The notes under the pieces were generated by a model, which was given only the letters and a program-made list of their open reading frames with translations, did no database searches and had not been told where the DNA came from. A DNA stretch of 49,644 nucleotides from positions 1 through 49,644 of the forward strand of contig JBJKYD010000008.1 of NCBI GenBank assembly GCA_045561295.1, given 5' to 3'. This stretch comes from Gammaproteobacteria bacterium. Its GTDB lineage: Bacteria > Pseudomonadota > Gammaproteobacteria > GCA-002705445 > GCA-002716945. Shown one piece after another: positions 1 through 16,741 of this stretch. Positions within the stretch are counted from its first letter, which is position 1; each line of letters begins with the position of its first letter. The translations under genes and the position numbers were made by a program.

Positions 1-1
1 T

Positions 2-430
2 TATTTTTTCCCAAAAATATTTGGAGGAGGGAAATCATATTTAGAACTAACTGATAATGACTTGCTAAATACTGGTGTTAATATTATGGCTAAACCACCT
101 GGTAAATTAGTCAAAAACTTAAACTTGCTCTCAGGTGGAGAAAAAGCTGGTACAGGAATTGCTTTTGTTTTCTCGATATTCAGAATAAATCCAGCACCGT
201 TTTGTCTACTTGATGAAGTGGATGCACCACTAGATGAGGCAAATAATGAAAGATTTTGTAACGTAGTTAAAGAAATGTCTGAATCAGTACAATTTATTTT
301 CATTACTCATAATAAATCAACCATGAAAATTGCTAATGTATTATCAGGTGTTACAATGAGAGAAGCCGGAGTATCTAAGTTGGTATCAGTCAATGTAGAA
401 GACGCGTTACAAATGACATCAAAAAATTAA
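2..430 (+). CDS. smc: Chromosome segregation protein SMC, C-terminal part (5' end outside the window)
   Basis: Frame is open from position 2 ([10 protein letters not shown]...). It has the ABC signature LLSGGEK, Walker B/D-loop [13 protein letters not shown] and the QFIFITH H-loop. Confidence 0.95.
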   Translation, partial: YFFPKIFGGGKSYLELTDNDLLNTGVNIMAKPPGKLVKNLNLLSGGEKAGTGIAFVFSIFRINPAPFCLLDEVDAPLDEANNERFCNVVKEMSESVQFIFITHNKSTMKIANVLSGVTMREAGVSKLVSVNVEDALQMTSKN

Positions 431-444
431 GCTATCGTTAATGA

Positions 445-3231
<2,787 letters not shown>

Positions 3232-3235
<4 letters not shown>

Positions 3236-4539
3236 AATGTTTCTGGAACCTCATTTAGTATCTTATTCTGTTTTTTATCTTTATCTTCTAAAAATGAAAT
3301 TATATCATAGTATTGCTTAACATTTTCTATATATTGAACCGCCTCCCAACCACGTGCATATCCATATTTCATATGTTTATAATACTTTTTTTTATTTAAT
3401 TTTAGTAAGTATTCTTTAAGTGTATTCCAGTTTTCTAGTTTGACATTATGAGCACTAGCAAGTTCAATAATATCATTAATGTGACCAGGACCAAGGTTGT
3501 ATGCACCAAGTGTCATATTCAGCTTAGTGTCATTATCATAATTAATATATTTTTGACCTAGGCTTTTAATATACCTAGATGCTCCGTCTATACTCTCATC
3601 TGGAATTAATCTATCTACGTTTAACATATTCGCTGTATTTTCCGTAAGCATCATAAGCCCCCTTACTCCGGTCGGAGATATCGCGTCATTGTTCCATTTT
3701 GATTCTTGATAAGAAATTGCAGCTAGTAGTTTCCAATCAATATTATTTATAAATGCAGCTTTTTTAAATTTATCCTCATAAATCGGAAGTTTAGTAATCA
3801 TATCAGATATGAATATTCTAGAGCCTATGAATATATATGATGATATAGCATTCTTAGAATAATATTTATTGTTTAAATTTTTAATAAAAGAGGAGGTTTC
3901 TTCCAATTTTAAATATTTGAAAAGATTATTACGTAAAGAATTATCATCAAATGAGAAATTCCATAGTAGTTTTGTATTTCCAATCACTTTTTTTATGGAT
4001 AAATTAGGATAATATTTTTTATAAAATAGATATGAACTTCTTGTTACAATTGTATGAGATATTAGATTATTACTAAGATTATAAATTAAATCATCTAAAT
4101 GATTTTCTGTATATGTTATTTTATAATTATCTAGCGCATCAGTATCAATAAGGACTTTATTCATTATATCCACAATTTCAATAACATTATCCTTGATCTC
4201 TGAATCGTTAGCAACTAATAGAAGGTCTTCCTCATTTACAACGACACACGTTTTGCAGATATAAGATGAATAAAAAATATGTATATCATAATTCGTATTA
4301 TTAATTATAAATTTTTTTTTATTTAAACTATCTAAGTAATTTATTAATAATTCATATTGAAATCCAGATTTGTCATCTTCTAATGATAAAATAATTTCAG
4401 GCAGATTTTGAAGATTTACAAAAATTTCATCTTTCTTTTTAAATTGCTGGAGTGATGTCTGAGTGCTGTTCACATAAACTAAATAGATACCTGCAATGAT
4501 AAATACTGCAGCTATGAATCTAGCAAATAATTTTAACAT
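3232..4539 (-). CDS. mltF: Membrane-bound lytic murein transglycosylase F-like (SLT domain; degenerate N-terminal binding-protein domain)
   Basis: [15 protein letters not shown] (catalytic ES), [32 protein letters not shown]; N-terminal hydrophobic segment. Confidence 0.85.
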
Positions 4540-6353
4540 TAATCTTGGGTATTTCTAGACCGGGTATTTTTTGTATAATTTCTTCTATTATTTTTATATT
4601 TATTAAATTTGAAATTTTTATTATAACGTCTATTTTTATTATAATATCTTCTTGGTTTTGTAGATGTCTTTTCTTCTTCTTTGCCAAAAATGATATTAAA
4701 TATTCTCTTAAATATATTACCTTTAGAACCTGATTTATCTCTAGAAAAATTTTTTGGTTTTGGAGGTGCGCTTTTAGGAGCAACTGCGGCCATTAGTGCA
4801 ATTTCTTGATCCTGAATAATCTTTCCGTCAGATGCATTGGTAGTTTTTCTATTGTTACGTTGATTTTTATTCTTATTCTTTAACTGCTCCTTAAACTCAG
4901 ATTCACTTAAACCTTCATTATCTATTTCATAACTGGATGCATCAAGATCTGGATCTGGTACGATCTTAATATCGACCTTGTGCCTGGATTCAATATTTTG
5001 TATCGTCTCTTTTTTTTCATTTAGTAAGAATGTTGCTAGTCTTACTGGAAGATATACAGTCTGCTTTTCTTTTGCATTCATTGCTTCCTCTTCTATTATC
5101 CTTAGAAGGGATATCGCAAGAGATGATAGTGATTTAATTTGCCCAGTTCCATCACATGTAGGACAATTTTCATAGTTATTTTGAATTATGGATGATTTTA
5201 ATTTTTGTCTTGAGAGTTCCATTAAACCAAACTTAGAAATTCTAGCAAATTGTATCTTTGCTTTATCTTTTTTTGCATACTCTGCAACTTTTCTCATAAC
5301 ATTTTTCTGAGAATTAATTGACATCATATCTATAAAGTCTATTACAACAAGTCCACCTATGTCTCTAAGTCTTAGTTGAGTTAGTATTTCTATAGCTGCT
5401 TCAATATTTGTGTTTAGCGCTGTATCTTCTATGTCACTTCCTTTGGTTGATCTTGCTGAGTTAACATCTATACTTACCAGTGCTTCTGTTGAATCAATTA
5501 CTATGTTTCCACCAGAAGGTAGATTAATATTTCTTTTATAAACAGTTTGTACCTGTCTCTCGATTTTATGGTTGCTAAATATAGGTGTTAAGTCTGAGTG
5601 ATGTTCTGTTTTTATATCATGATGCGGCATAAAGAGTTTTTTAGCGCCAATAAAATCATCATAAAACTTTTTATCATCAATAAAGACTTCATTTATAGTT
5701 TCGTCGCAATAATCTCTAATAAGCCTAGCCATCATACTACTTTCTTGATAAATGAGAAATGGAGCTGTTTGTTGTACAGATGTTTCTAGAACAGACTCAT
5801 ATATCTGAATTAAATATTCAATATCCCATTTAACTGATTCATTTGATGCTTGAAGACTGGATGTTCTCAATATTACACTCATTCCTTGAGGAATTTGAAG
5901 TGATTCCATGAGTTTTTTTGCCTTCACTCTATCATCACCCTCTATTCTTCGTGAAATTCCTCCGGTCGAAGGATTCTTTGGTAGCAATACCAAGTACTTA
6001 CCAGCAAGGCTAAGAAATGTAGTTAATGCAGCGCCTTTATTACCTCGTTCTTCTTTATCGACTTGAATAATTAATTCTTTCCCAACTTCAAGACAATCAC
6101 GCGATGATTTATTAGAGTGTGAGAATATCTCTGGTGAAATCTCTTTGAAAGGAAGAAAGCCATGTCTAGTTCTACCGAAATTGATGAAAGCAGCTTCTAA
6201 ACTGGGCTCAACCCTGGATATTGTTCCTTTGTATATATTTGATTTGATGTTCCTTGAGGGAAAGTCTATATCTAAATCTATTAGCTTGTTGTCTTCTATG
6301 ACAGCAAGTCTCACCTCTTCCTTCTGAGAGGCGTTGAGTAATATTTTTTTCAT
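4539..6353 (-). CDS. rne: Ribonuclease E (short C-terminal region)
   Basis: NIYKGTISRVEPSLEAAF, IDVNS, IDFIDM, Zn-link CPTC and an amphipathic membrane-targeting-like segment GNIFKRIFNIIFG. Confidence 0.95.
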   Translation of the reverse strand: MKKILLNASQKEEVRLAVIEDNKLIDLDIDFPSRNIKSNIYKGTISRVEPSLEAAFINFGRTRHGFLPFKEISPEIFSHSNKSSRDCLEVGKELIIQVDKEERGNKGAALTTFLSLAGKYLVLLPKNPSTGGISRRIEGDDRVKAKKLMESLQIPQGMSVILRTSSLQASNESVKWDIEYLIQIYESVLETSVQQTAPFLIYQESSMMARLIRDYCDETINEVFIDDKKFYDDFIGAKKLFMPHHDIKTEHHSDLTPIFSNHKIERQVQTVYKRNINLPSGGNIVIDSTEALVSIDVNSARSTKGSDIEDTALNTNIEAAIEILTQLRLRDIGGLVVIDFIDMMSINSQKNVMRKVAEYAKKDKAKIQFARISKFGLMELSRQKLKSSIIQNNYENCPTCDGTGQIKSLSSLAISLLRIIEEEAMNAKEKQTVYLPVRLATFLLNEKKETIQNIESRHKVDIKIVPDPDLDASSYEIDNEGLSESEFKEQLKNKNKNQRNNRKTTNASDGKIIQDQEIALMAAVAPKSAPPKPKNFSRDKSGSKGNIFKRIFNIIFGKEEEKTSTKPRRYYNKNRRYNKNFKFNKYKNNRRNYTKNTRSRNTQD

Positions 6354-6552
6354 TATGAATCCTGTTAATCATTATATTTATGTATATATTTCTTTATTTA
6401 TTGCGCATTTTTTAGCTATTTTTTGCTCGCGCTTCTATCTAATTTATATATGTTTTTTGTTATATAAAATGTCTATGTTAATACATTTGAACTTTATAAA
6501 ACACTAATATAGCAATGATTGATGCTATCATCAATCTAAAATAGATAATCAG

Positions 6553-7467
6553 ATGATGAAAAAATCTAATATTTTTGAAATAAATCAAGAACTAAGCGGA
6601 CAAAGACTTGATAATTTCTTGATTAAAAGGCTAAAAGGCTTACCAAAAAGTCTTATTTATAAGCTCGTGAGAAGTGGGCAAGTCAGGGTCAATAAGAAGC
6701 GTAGTAAAGTATCCTATAGAATTTCAGATAATGACCTCATACGAATACCACCATATCTTCTTCAGGAGAATGTAATAGCAGATAAAATCTTATTAAATAC
6801 CAACGAATATATACATTATGAAAATGAAAATTTCTTATTAATTGATAAACCATATGGCATATCAGTCCATTCAGGGACTAATCAAGAAGTTGATTTCTTA
6901 TCTTCATTAAGAAAGGCTCAAAATAATATTAATTTATCATTGGTTCATCGTTTAGATAAAAATACCTCCGGCTGTCTCCTAGTATCAAAAAATTATCAGG
7001 TAGCATCCGACTTAGGTAAAAAACTAATGAATAAAAATGTTAAGAAAAAATATTATGCTTTATTAGTAGGAGTATTAGACAAGGAAATTATTGAAATAGA
7101 ATCAAAGATAGAAAAAGATGTTAAGTATCAAAAAATGATAGTGAATGAAGATGATGGAAGAGAGGCATATACCAAGATAACTCTTCTACAAAAGTATAAA
7201 TCTTTTTCATTTGTTGAGATCGAGATCGAAACAGGCAGAACCCATCAAATTAGAGTTCATACATCATCTATTGGACATCCTGTAGTGGGCGATAGCAAAT
7301 ATGATATATTAAATAGTAAAAAGATTAATAAAGAATTAAATTTAAAAAGGTTATTCTTGCATGCGTATTACTTGTCTTTCTACTATGATAAAAAATATGA
7401 ATTTATATTAGATTTACCTGATGACTTAAAAGAAGTATTATCAGTATTAGAGAAAGATAATGAGTGA
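6553..7467 (+). CDS. rluC: 23S rRNA pseudouridine synthase, RluC/RluA family
   Basis: S4 domain QRLDNFL, catalytic HRLD, TGRTHQIRVH and LHA; divergent from rne, as is typical. Confidence 0.92.
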   Translation: MMKKSNIFEINQELSGQRLDNFLIKRLKGLPKSLIYKLVRSGQVRVNKKRSKVSYRISDNDLIRIPPYLLQENVIADKILLNTNEYIHYENENFLLIDKPYGISVHSGTNQEVDFLSSLRKAQNNINLSLVHRLDKNTSGCLLVSKNYQVASDLGKKLMNKNVKKKYYALLVGVLDKEIIEIESKIEKDVKYQKMIVNEDDGREAYTKITLLQKYKSFSFVEIEIETGRTHQIRVHTSSIGHPVVGDSKYDILNSKKINKELNLKRLFLHAYYLSFYYDKKYEFILDLPDDLKEVLSVLEKDNE

Positions 7468-8356
7468 AAACGATAAAACATTAAATGATATAGTCTCTGC
7501 ACTCTTAGCAGAAAGAAAGCGAGATTATCGGAATAAGCTTATTTTTAGATCATTATTTGTATTAGTTATTTTTTCTATTGTCTTTTTTGCTCCGATGGCA
7601 AAAGATATTAATTTTAATGATCCACATGTTGCTATGATTGAAATAAATGGACTAATTTCATCAGAGACTCAATCTAGTGCCGAGAAGATTATTCCTCTCT
7701 TGCAAAGAGCAAGTCAAAATATAAATGCATCAGCTATTATTATTAAAATCAATAGCGGAGGTGGAAGTGCAACTCAATCTAAGATTATTTATGACGAAAT
7801 TGTTAAAATTAAAAACACATCGAATAAGAAGATCATATCTGTAATAGAGGATGTCGGTGCATCTGGCGGTTATTATATAGCTATGGCAGCTGATCATATT
7901 ATTGCATCGGAAACGAGCATAGTGGGTTCCATTGGGGTAAGGTTAGATAGTTATGATATAAGACGTTTATTTAATAATCTGGGTATTAAGTCAAGAACAA
8001 TTTATTCTGGAGAAAATAAATTAATATTAGACCCATTTCATGAATTAACATCAAAACAATATGATCATGTAAAAAGCTTAACAGATGAGATTCACACTCA
8101 GTTTATCAATGACCTAAAAAGTAGCAGAAAAGATAAAATCAATCCTGATGATAAACTTATTTATTCAGGCCTATTTTATACTGGCAATCAGGCCAAAGCA
8201 CTTGGTTTGGTAGATGATATATCTTCTATTTATAAGTTGAATAATGAAGAATATGAGAATATGAAAATCCAAAAATATAATAGTGAAGATAATTTAATCA
8301 ATCAGCTAATACAAACATCTTTTCATTATTTATTTCAAAGTAAAATAAACTATTAA
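7460..8356 (+). CDS. sppA: S49-family signal peptide peptidase (SppA-like)
   Basis: INSGGGS, GASGGYYIA, VGSIGV, GLVD; N-terminal TM segment. Confidence 0.88.
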   Translation: MSENDKTLNDIVSALLAERKRDYRNKLIFRSLFVLVIFSIVFFAPMAKDINFNDPHVAMIEINGLISSETQSSAEKIIPLLQRASQNINASAIIIKINSGGGSATQSKIIYDEIVKIKNTSNKKIISVIEDVGASGGYYIAMAADHIIASETSIVGSIGVRLDSYDIRRLFNNLGIKSRTIYSGENKLILDPFHELTSKQYDHVKSLTDEIHTQFINDLKSSRKDKINPDDKLIYSGLFYTGNQAKALGLVDDISSIYKLNNEEYENMKIQKYNSEDNLINQLIQTSFHYLFQSKINY

Positions 8357-9819
8357 TGGCAAATATATATTTTCATCCTGATATTGATTATCAAGGGATA
8401 AAAGATATTGAAAATAAATATACTTCTATTGATAAAGATTATTTAATAAATGAAGCTTCAGATTATATCTGTAAAATCTTAAAGAAATTAGTAAAAAAAA
8501 CAGACAGTATTCTTTTCATTTGTGGACCTGGTCATAATGGTCTCGATACTTTATTTACTGCACATAAACTCTTAGATCTAAAATATAATATCTCAATTTT
8601 TTTTGTACAAAAAAACACCCATCTAGAATATGTTAAAAAATATGACTTAAATAATTTTATTATTCAAGCCTATGATGCATGCGATAGTTATGCATATATC
8701 ATAGATGGTATTTTTGGATACGGATTAAATAGAAACCTTGATAACAATTCAATAGATCTAATTAAATCAATTAATAAATCATCATCGAAAGTAATTTCTG
8801 TGGATATGCCAAGTGGACTTAACCATGCTACTGGACAATCTATGCCTGTAAGCCTTAGATGTGAGCTTTTAATTTCATTATTAACTTTGAAAAGAGGCCT
8901 TTTTACTAATCAAGGCAGGGACTCTTGGAAAGAAATCACTATTTGTAAGCTTATAAATGCAGAGATTACATCTAAGAATTATTTAGTAACTGCTAATAAT
9001 AAATTTGGTAATGATTCATATATTAAATCTAAGGACTATTATTATGAAGAATCGCATTCAACACATAAGAAATCAAATGGAGTAAGTTGTATTGTTGCAG
9101 GAGAAAAACCGTATCATGGAGCGATGATACTTGCTGCCTCAGCAGCCATTCAAACTGGATCAAAGTATCTACAAATTTATACAGACTCTGAGTATGCCCA
9201 TACTTTACCAATGATTATGCCTCAGATCATCGCAAAGCCATTTTCGATATCTGATTTTAAAGATAACATTGGAACAGTCAAACATGTATTAATTGGTCCA
9301 GGTACTAATGATGTTAAGCCATATGTCGAAGTTGCGCTGGAGAATATTAATTCATTTAGTTCATTGATAATTGATGCAGGAGCACTAAGTTATATAGATA
9401 AAAATAAGGCATACTCAGATAAATTAATTATCACACCTCATCCAGGAGAAGCAGCTAGAATATTGAATATCTCGGTATCAGAAGTTCAATCAGATAGATA
9501 TAAAGCAGCTCGTAAGTTATATGATTTATTTAATTGCCTTATAATACTTAAAGGTTCAGGATCAATTATATTCGATGGGGATAGATTTTATACCTGCATG
9601 GACGGTAATTATAAAATGGGGACTGCAGGTATGGGCGATACGCTTTGTGGAATTTTATTAACGGAAACAGCATTATTTAAAAATAATCTTGATGCTTGTA
9701 TAAAAAGTGTTGTTTTTCACTCTTATACATCTGATGTCCTCTATCAGGAATCAAAAAATAAGAATATTACACCATCAATGTTATCAAATAAATATAGCGA
9801 ACTAACGTATGGAAAATAA
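8356..9819 (+). CDS. nnr: Bifunctional NAD(P)HX epimerase/dehydratase (YjeF/Nnr)
   Basis: CGPGHNG, IDGIFGYG and VDMPSG (epimerase); IDAGAL, ITPHPGEAARIL, LKG and TAGMGD (dehydratase); lies upstream of tsaE. Confidence 0.93.
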   Translation: MANIYFHPDIDYQGIKDIENKYTSIDKDYLINEASDYICKILKKLVKKTDSILFICGPGHNGLDTLFTAHKLLDLKYNISIFFVQKNTHLEYVKKYDLNNFIIQAYDACDSYAYIIDGIFGYGLNRNLDNNSIDLIKSINKSSSKVISVDMPSGLNHATGQSMPVSLRCELLISLLTLKRGLFTNQGRDSWKEITICKLINAEITSKNYLVTANNKFGNDSYIKSKDYYYEESHSTHKKSNGVSCIVAGEKPYHGAMILAASAAIQTGSKYLQIYTDSEYAHTLPMIMPQIIAKPFSISDFKDNIGTVKHVLIGPGTNDVKPYVEVALENINSFSSLIIDAGALSYIDKNKAYSDKLIITPHPGEAARILNISVSEVQSDRYKAARKLYDLFNCLIILKGSGSIIFDGDRFYTCMDGNYKMGTAGMGDTLCGILLTETALFKNNLDACIKSVVFHSYTSDVLYQESKNKNITPSMLSNKYSELTYGK

Positions 9820-10231
9820 AAATTACCTCATTAAAAATCTTAGTGATTATGAATCACTTTTTAGAAACATCAATCTTTATGACAATAATAGAATGGTAAT
9901 ATTTTTGAAAGGGGAGCTTGGTTCTGGAAAAACAACCTTTGTTCAAAATTATCTTAAATATAAATATGCTTTTACAAATACCTCTAGCCCAACATTTGGA
10001 ATAGTAAATACATATCTAATTAATAAAATAATGATATATCATTATGATTTATACAGAATCACAAAACCAGCCGAGCTTAATGACATAGGGTTCTATGATA
10101 ATTTAGATCAAGACGCTCTTCATTTTATCGAATGGCCTGAAATAATTCCTAAACAAATCTCTAAACCAAATATTATAATTAATTTTCAATTACTTTCTAA
10201 AGAACGAATAATATCTATCAATATTGTATGA
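9809..10231 (+). CDS. tsaE: tRNA threonylcarbamoyladenosine biosynthesis ATPase
   Basis: GELGSGKT, SPTF, HYDLYR, IEWPE. Confidence 0.96.
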   Translation: MENKNYLIKNLSDYESLFRNINLYDNNRMVIFLKGELGSGKTTFVQNYLKYKYAFTNTSSPTFGIVNTYLINKIMIYHYDLYRITKPAELNDIGFYDNLDQDALHFIEWPEIIPKQISKPNIIINFQLLSKERIISINIV

Positions 10232-11146
10232 ATAATATTTTTATCCTTATTGGACCTACCGCTTCTGGGAAATCAAATTTAGCTATGAAGTTGATGAGTA
10301 AATTCCCTTTTGAAATAATTAATGCAGATTTGTATTCTACGTATAAAGGGTTAAATATAGGAACAGCAAAGCCCTTAAAAGAAGAATTAAACAAATACAA
10401 GCATCATTTAATTAACATTCTTGAACCTACAATGGATTATAATGTTTCTCAATATTGTAAAGATGCAAATAAATGTATTAATGAAATATTATCATCAAAT
10501 AAAATTCCACTAATTACTGGCGGCTCCATGATGTATGTCTATCAATTGTTAAATGGACTTTCTCATGAGTATAATGTATCGGATACGGACTTAAAACTTA
10601 TCAAATTCATACAAAACCAATATACTAATGAACAAATAGTTAAGGCTATCTCTGGTTTTAATCCTGCTTTGATTAATAAAATTAATATTAACGATTCATA
10701 TCGTATAGAAAAACTTTTAGAGCGCTTGATATCAAATAAAAATAATAAACATAATTTTAAAGGTTTGTATAAAGAAAAAAATCTAAAAATTCATATTATT
10801 TTTATTACTATTGATGATAGAGAATTTTTGAGGGAAAGTATAAAGAAAAGAACTTCTGGTATGTTGAATGATGGACTGATTGAGGAAGTAAAAAATCTAT
10901 TGAGCAAATTTAATTTAAATAATAAGACTCAATGTATGAAAGCAATAGGTTACAAGGAAACTCTACAGTTCCTCAATAAAGACATTTCTCTCGATGATGC
11001 TAAATTCGTCAATAACAGTAGCAACTCAGCAGCTCGCTAAACGGCAAGTAACTTGGATGAATAAATTCAAGATCGACTATCGATTTTCATATCCTGAGAA
11101 TAATTACCACAGTCTTTTTGATTATATTAAAAAAATATTAAATTAA
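10228..11146 (+). CDS. miaA: tRNA dimethylallyltransferase, with an apparent +1 frameshift near 10995-11000 (about 305 aa if corrected)
   Basis: GPTASGKS, IGTAKP, GGSMMY, KAIGYKE. The conserved C-terminal ATQQLAKRQVTW lies in the +1 frame (from 11000) and ends at TAA 11144-11146. Confidence 0.9.
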
Positions 11147-11206
11147 ACTAATATAAAATTGATGAGCTGATATCTATGGTATATTATCTAACTGGAGATA
11201 ATATAT

Positions 11207-12327
11207 ATGGCATGGAACGAACCTGGTAATAAAGACCCTTGGGGCAGAAACAAGAATAACTCTAGTTTAGATGGAGTTATTCAAAGATTTTAAAAAAACA
11301 ATAGACGATCTACTGGGCGGTAAAGGAGGCTCCAGCTCCACCTTCCTCTCAAAAAAGCGCGGGATTTTTATCTGCAATCATTCTAGTAGTTTACCTTTTA
11401 TCTGGAATCTACATCGTAAACGACGGAGAAAGAGGTGTCGTTCTTCAGTTTGGTGGCTTTAACGAGATAACCATGCCCGGGCCTCATTGGTATCCGAGAT
11501 TTATACAAGCTGTTGAAATTGTGGATGTGAGTAATCTTAGATCTGTTCAACAAAAAGCTGTGATGCTCACAGAGGATGAGAATATTGTAAGTATAAGTTT
11601 TGCAATACAGTATGACATAAAAGATGCTAGTGACTTTATATTTAATCTACGCGAACCAGATGTAACTGTCTCACAAGCCGGGGAGAGCGCTATCAGAGAA
11701 GTTATGGGTCAAAATACAATGGATTATATTATCACTGAAGGTAGGACTGGTGTAGCTGCAGATACTAAAAAATTACTTCAGGGTGTTCTTGATAGCTATG
11801 GAGCTGGTGTAAATATTCAAACACTCAATATTTTAGAAGCACAGCCACCCGAGCAAGTTCAGGATGCGTTTTCTGATGCAATTAAAGCAAGAGAAGATGA
11901 GCAAAGATATATCAATGAAGCTGAGGCATATAGAAATGAAATTATTCCACTTGCAAGAGGTGAAGCAAAGCAAATGTTGGAGCAAGCCATAGCATATAGA
12001 GTTAAGTTAATCAATGCAGCAGAGGGTGAAGCATCTAGGTTCACTCAATTGTATAATGAATATAAAAAAGCCCCTGACGTTACTAAAGAAAGATTATATA
12101 TTGAAGCGGTTCAATCAGTTTTATCTAATAGCAGTAAAGTTATGATTGATATTGAAGGCGGCAATAACTTGATGTATCTTCCGCTAGATCAACTTATTAA
12201 CAACAACAAGCAGCCCAGAGTCAATAATGAAATACAAGAATCAGATAATGAAACCAGCATAATGGATCGTATAAATGCAAATAAAAATAATTTTAATCTA
12301 AGAAAAAGAGACTTATATAATGAATAG
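11207..12327 (+). CDS. hflK: FtsH protease modulator HflK, with two apparent +1 frameshifts (near 11273 and 11328; about 372 aa if corrected)
   Basis: ATG at 11207 follows GGAG and gives the canonical MAWNEPGNKDPWG. The reading continues ELFKDFKK in the next frame, then ...LLSGIYIVNDGERGVVLQFG in the frame of ORF 11473..12327 (SPFH domain). Confidence 0.9.
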
Positions 12328-13189
12328 TAGAAACTTAGTTACGGGATTAATAGCTCTTGTGTTAATTGCAATATCTTCAACATTTATAGTTGATGAAAGG
12401 GAAGTTGTTATAAAATTCAGATTAGGTGAGATCGTAACGACCTATAATGAGCCCGGTTTGTATTTTATGATTCCTTTTTTGAATAATGTTAAAAAATATG
12501 ATTCGAGGCTATTAACAATGGACTCTAAACCAGAACAGTTTCTTACAAGTGAGAAGAAAAACGTTATAGTTGATTCATTTGTTAAGTGGAGAATATCTGA
12601 TCCTAGGAACTTCTACAGATCATCTAAGGGTGATGAGAGAATCGGGGTTAATCGTTTATCACAAATAGTTAATGATTTAACAAAAAGTGAGTTTAGTAAA
12701 CGAACAGTTAATGATGTGGTATCTGGTGATAGAGTGGAGATAATGGCTAAAGTAACAAAAGAAGCAAACCAATTGTCTCAGACATTAGGAATTACTGTGG
12801 TTGACGTAAGGCTTAAAAAAGTGGATTTGCCAAGCGAGGTCAGTAACTCTGTATATGCTCGTATGGTGAAAGAAAGAGCTACAGTAGCTAAATCATTTAG
12901 ATCTAAAGGTAAAGAAGAAGCAAAGGGGATTACTTCTCTCGCTGAGCGTGAGTCCGAAACAATCTTAGCTGAGGCCTATAGAGAGTCTCAAGAAATAAAA
13001 GGACAAGGTGATGCTCAGTCTACACAAATCTATGCTGATGCATTTTCTGCTAGTCCTGACTTTTACTCATTTTATAGAAGTTTAGAGGCATATAAATCAA
13101 CATTTAATGATAAAGGCAATATGATACTTCTAAAACCAGATTCTGATTTCTTTAAGTATTTTAATGACACTGATGGTGTTACAAAATAA
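12320..13189 (+). CDS. hflC: FtsH protease modulator HflC
   Basis: SPFH domain, FLTSEKKNVIVDSFVKWRI, FYSFYRSLEAY; follows hflK. Confidence 0.96.
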   Translation: MNSRNLVTGLIALVLIAISSTFIVDEREVVIKFRLGEIVTTYNEPGLYFMIPFLNNVKKYDSRLLTMDSKPEQFLTSEKKNVIVDSFVKWRISDPRNFYRSSKGDERIGVNRLSQIVNDLTKSEFSKRTVNDVVSGDRVEIMAKVTKEANQLSQTLGITVVDVRLKKVDLPSEVSNSVYARMVKERATVAKSFRSKGKEEAKGITSLAERESETILAEAYRESQEIKGQGDAQSTQIYADAFSASPDFYSFYRSLEAYKSTFNDKGNMILLKPDSDFFKYFNDTDGVTK

Positions 13190-13377
13190 CAACTTTAGAA
13201 ACAGTAGCAATAGTTTTTGCATTTATTTTAATTATTGAAGGCATTATTCCACTTATATATCCAAATAAGTTCAAAAATTTTCTTTCCTCAATAATAGATA
13301 TGGATGATAAATCATTGAGAATGATTGGTCTTGCATGTATTATCTTTGGGTTGATTATATATTATTTGGTGCTGTAG
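13186..13377 (+). CDS. DUF2065 (YjeT-like) small membrane protein; start codon apparently ATA; absent from the ORF track
   Basis: Frame reads ...AIVFAFILIIEGIIPLIYPNKFKNFLSSIIDMDDKSLRMIGL...*. This fits the EGxxP..P...LR.IG pattern and the usual hflC-DUF2065-hisZ/purA position. Confidence 0.8.
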   Translation: MTTLETVAIVFAFILIIEGIIPLIYPNKFKNFLSSIIDMDDKSLRMIGLACIIFGLIIYYLVL

Positions 13378-13379
13378 AC

Positions 13380-16342
<2,963 letters not shown>

Positions 16343-16358
16343 ATAATGCAGTCAATAT

Positions 16359-16387
16359 TTGAAAAAACTAACTTAGTACTGTAGTAT
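16359..16387 (+). promoter_or_regulatory. Putative sigma70 promoter of rpsF-rpsR-rplI
   Basis: TTGAAA-17 nt-TAGTAT ending 16 nt before the rpsF ATG; the AT-rich background weakens the match. Confidence 0.4.
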
Positions 16388-16403
16388 CTTCCTAGGTAAA
16401 ATT

Positions 16404-16736
16404 ATGAAAAATTATGAATTAGTATTAATGTTTTCGGTCGGTGAAGATACCCTCACAAATCAGACGATTGATAAGTATAAGTCGGTAATTACTGAAAATA
16501 ACGGTTCAATTGACAGATATGAAGATTGGGGCTCTCTAAAGATGTCTTATGATATTAATAATGAGAATAAGGCTAGATACATATTAATCAATTTCAAAGC
16601 TGATAATAAGATAATAGACCAATTGAATGAGCTAATTAAATTCAATGATCATATTCTTAGACATCTGATAATTAATACAAAAGACGCTCATACGGAGCCG
16701 TCATTCATGAACAAAGAACAATTAAAATCAGCATAA
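16404..16736 (+). CDS. rpsF: 30S ribosomal protein S6
   Basis: MKNYEL, EDWG, FNDHILRH; first gene of the rpsF-rpsR-rplI cluster. Confidence 0.93.
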   Translation: MKNYELVLMFSVGEDTLTNQTIDKYKSVITENNGSIDRYEDWGSLKMSYDINNENKARYILINFKADNKIIDQLNELIKFNDHILRHLIINTKDAHTEPSFMNKEQLKSA

Positions 16737-16741
16737 AATAT

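Noticed and set aside
11271-11462. 63-aa ORF as an independent gene (for example hfq)
   Set aside because: It has no Sm-fold motif; its first part is the middle fragment of the frameshifted hflK N-terminus.
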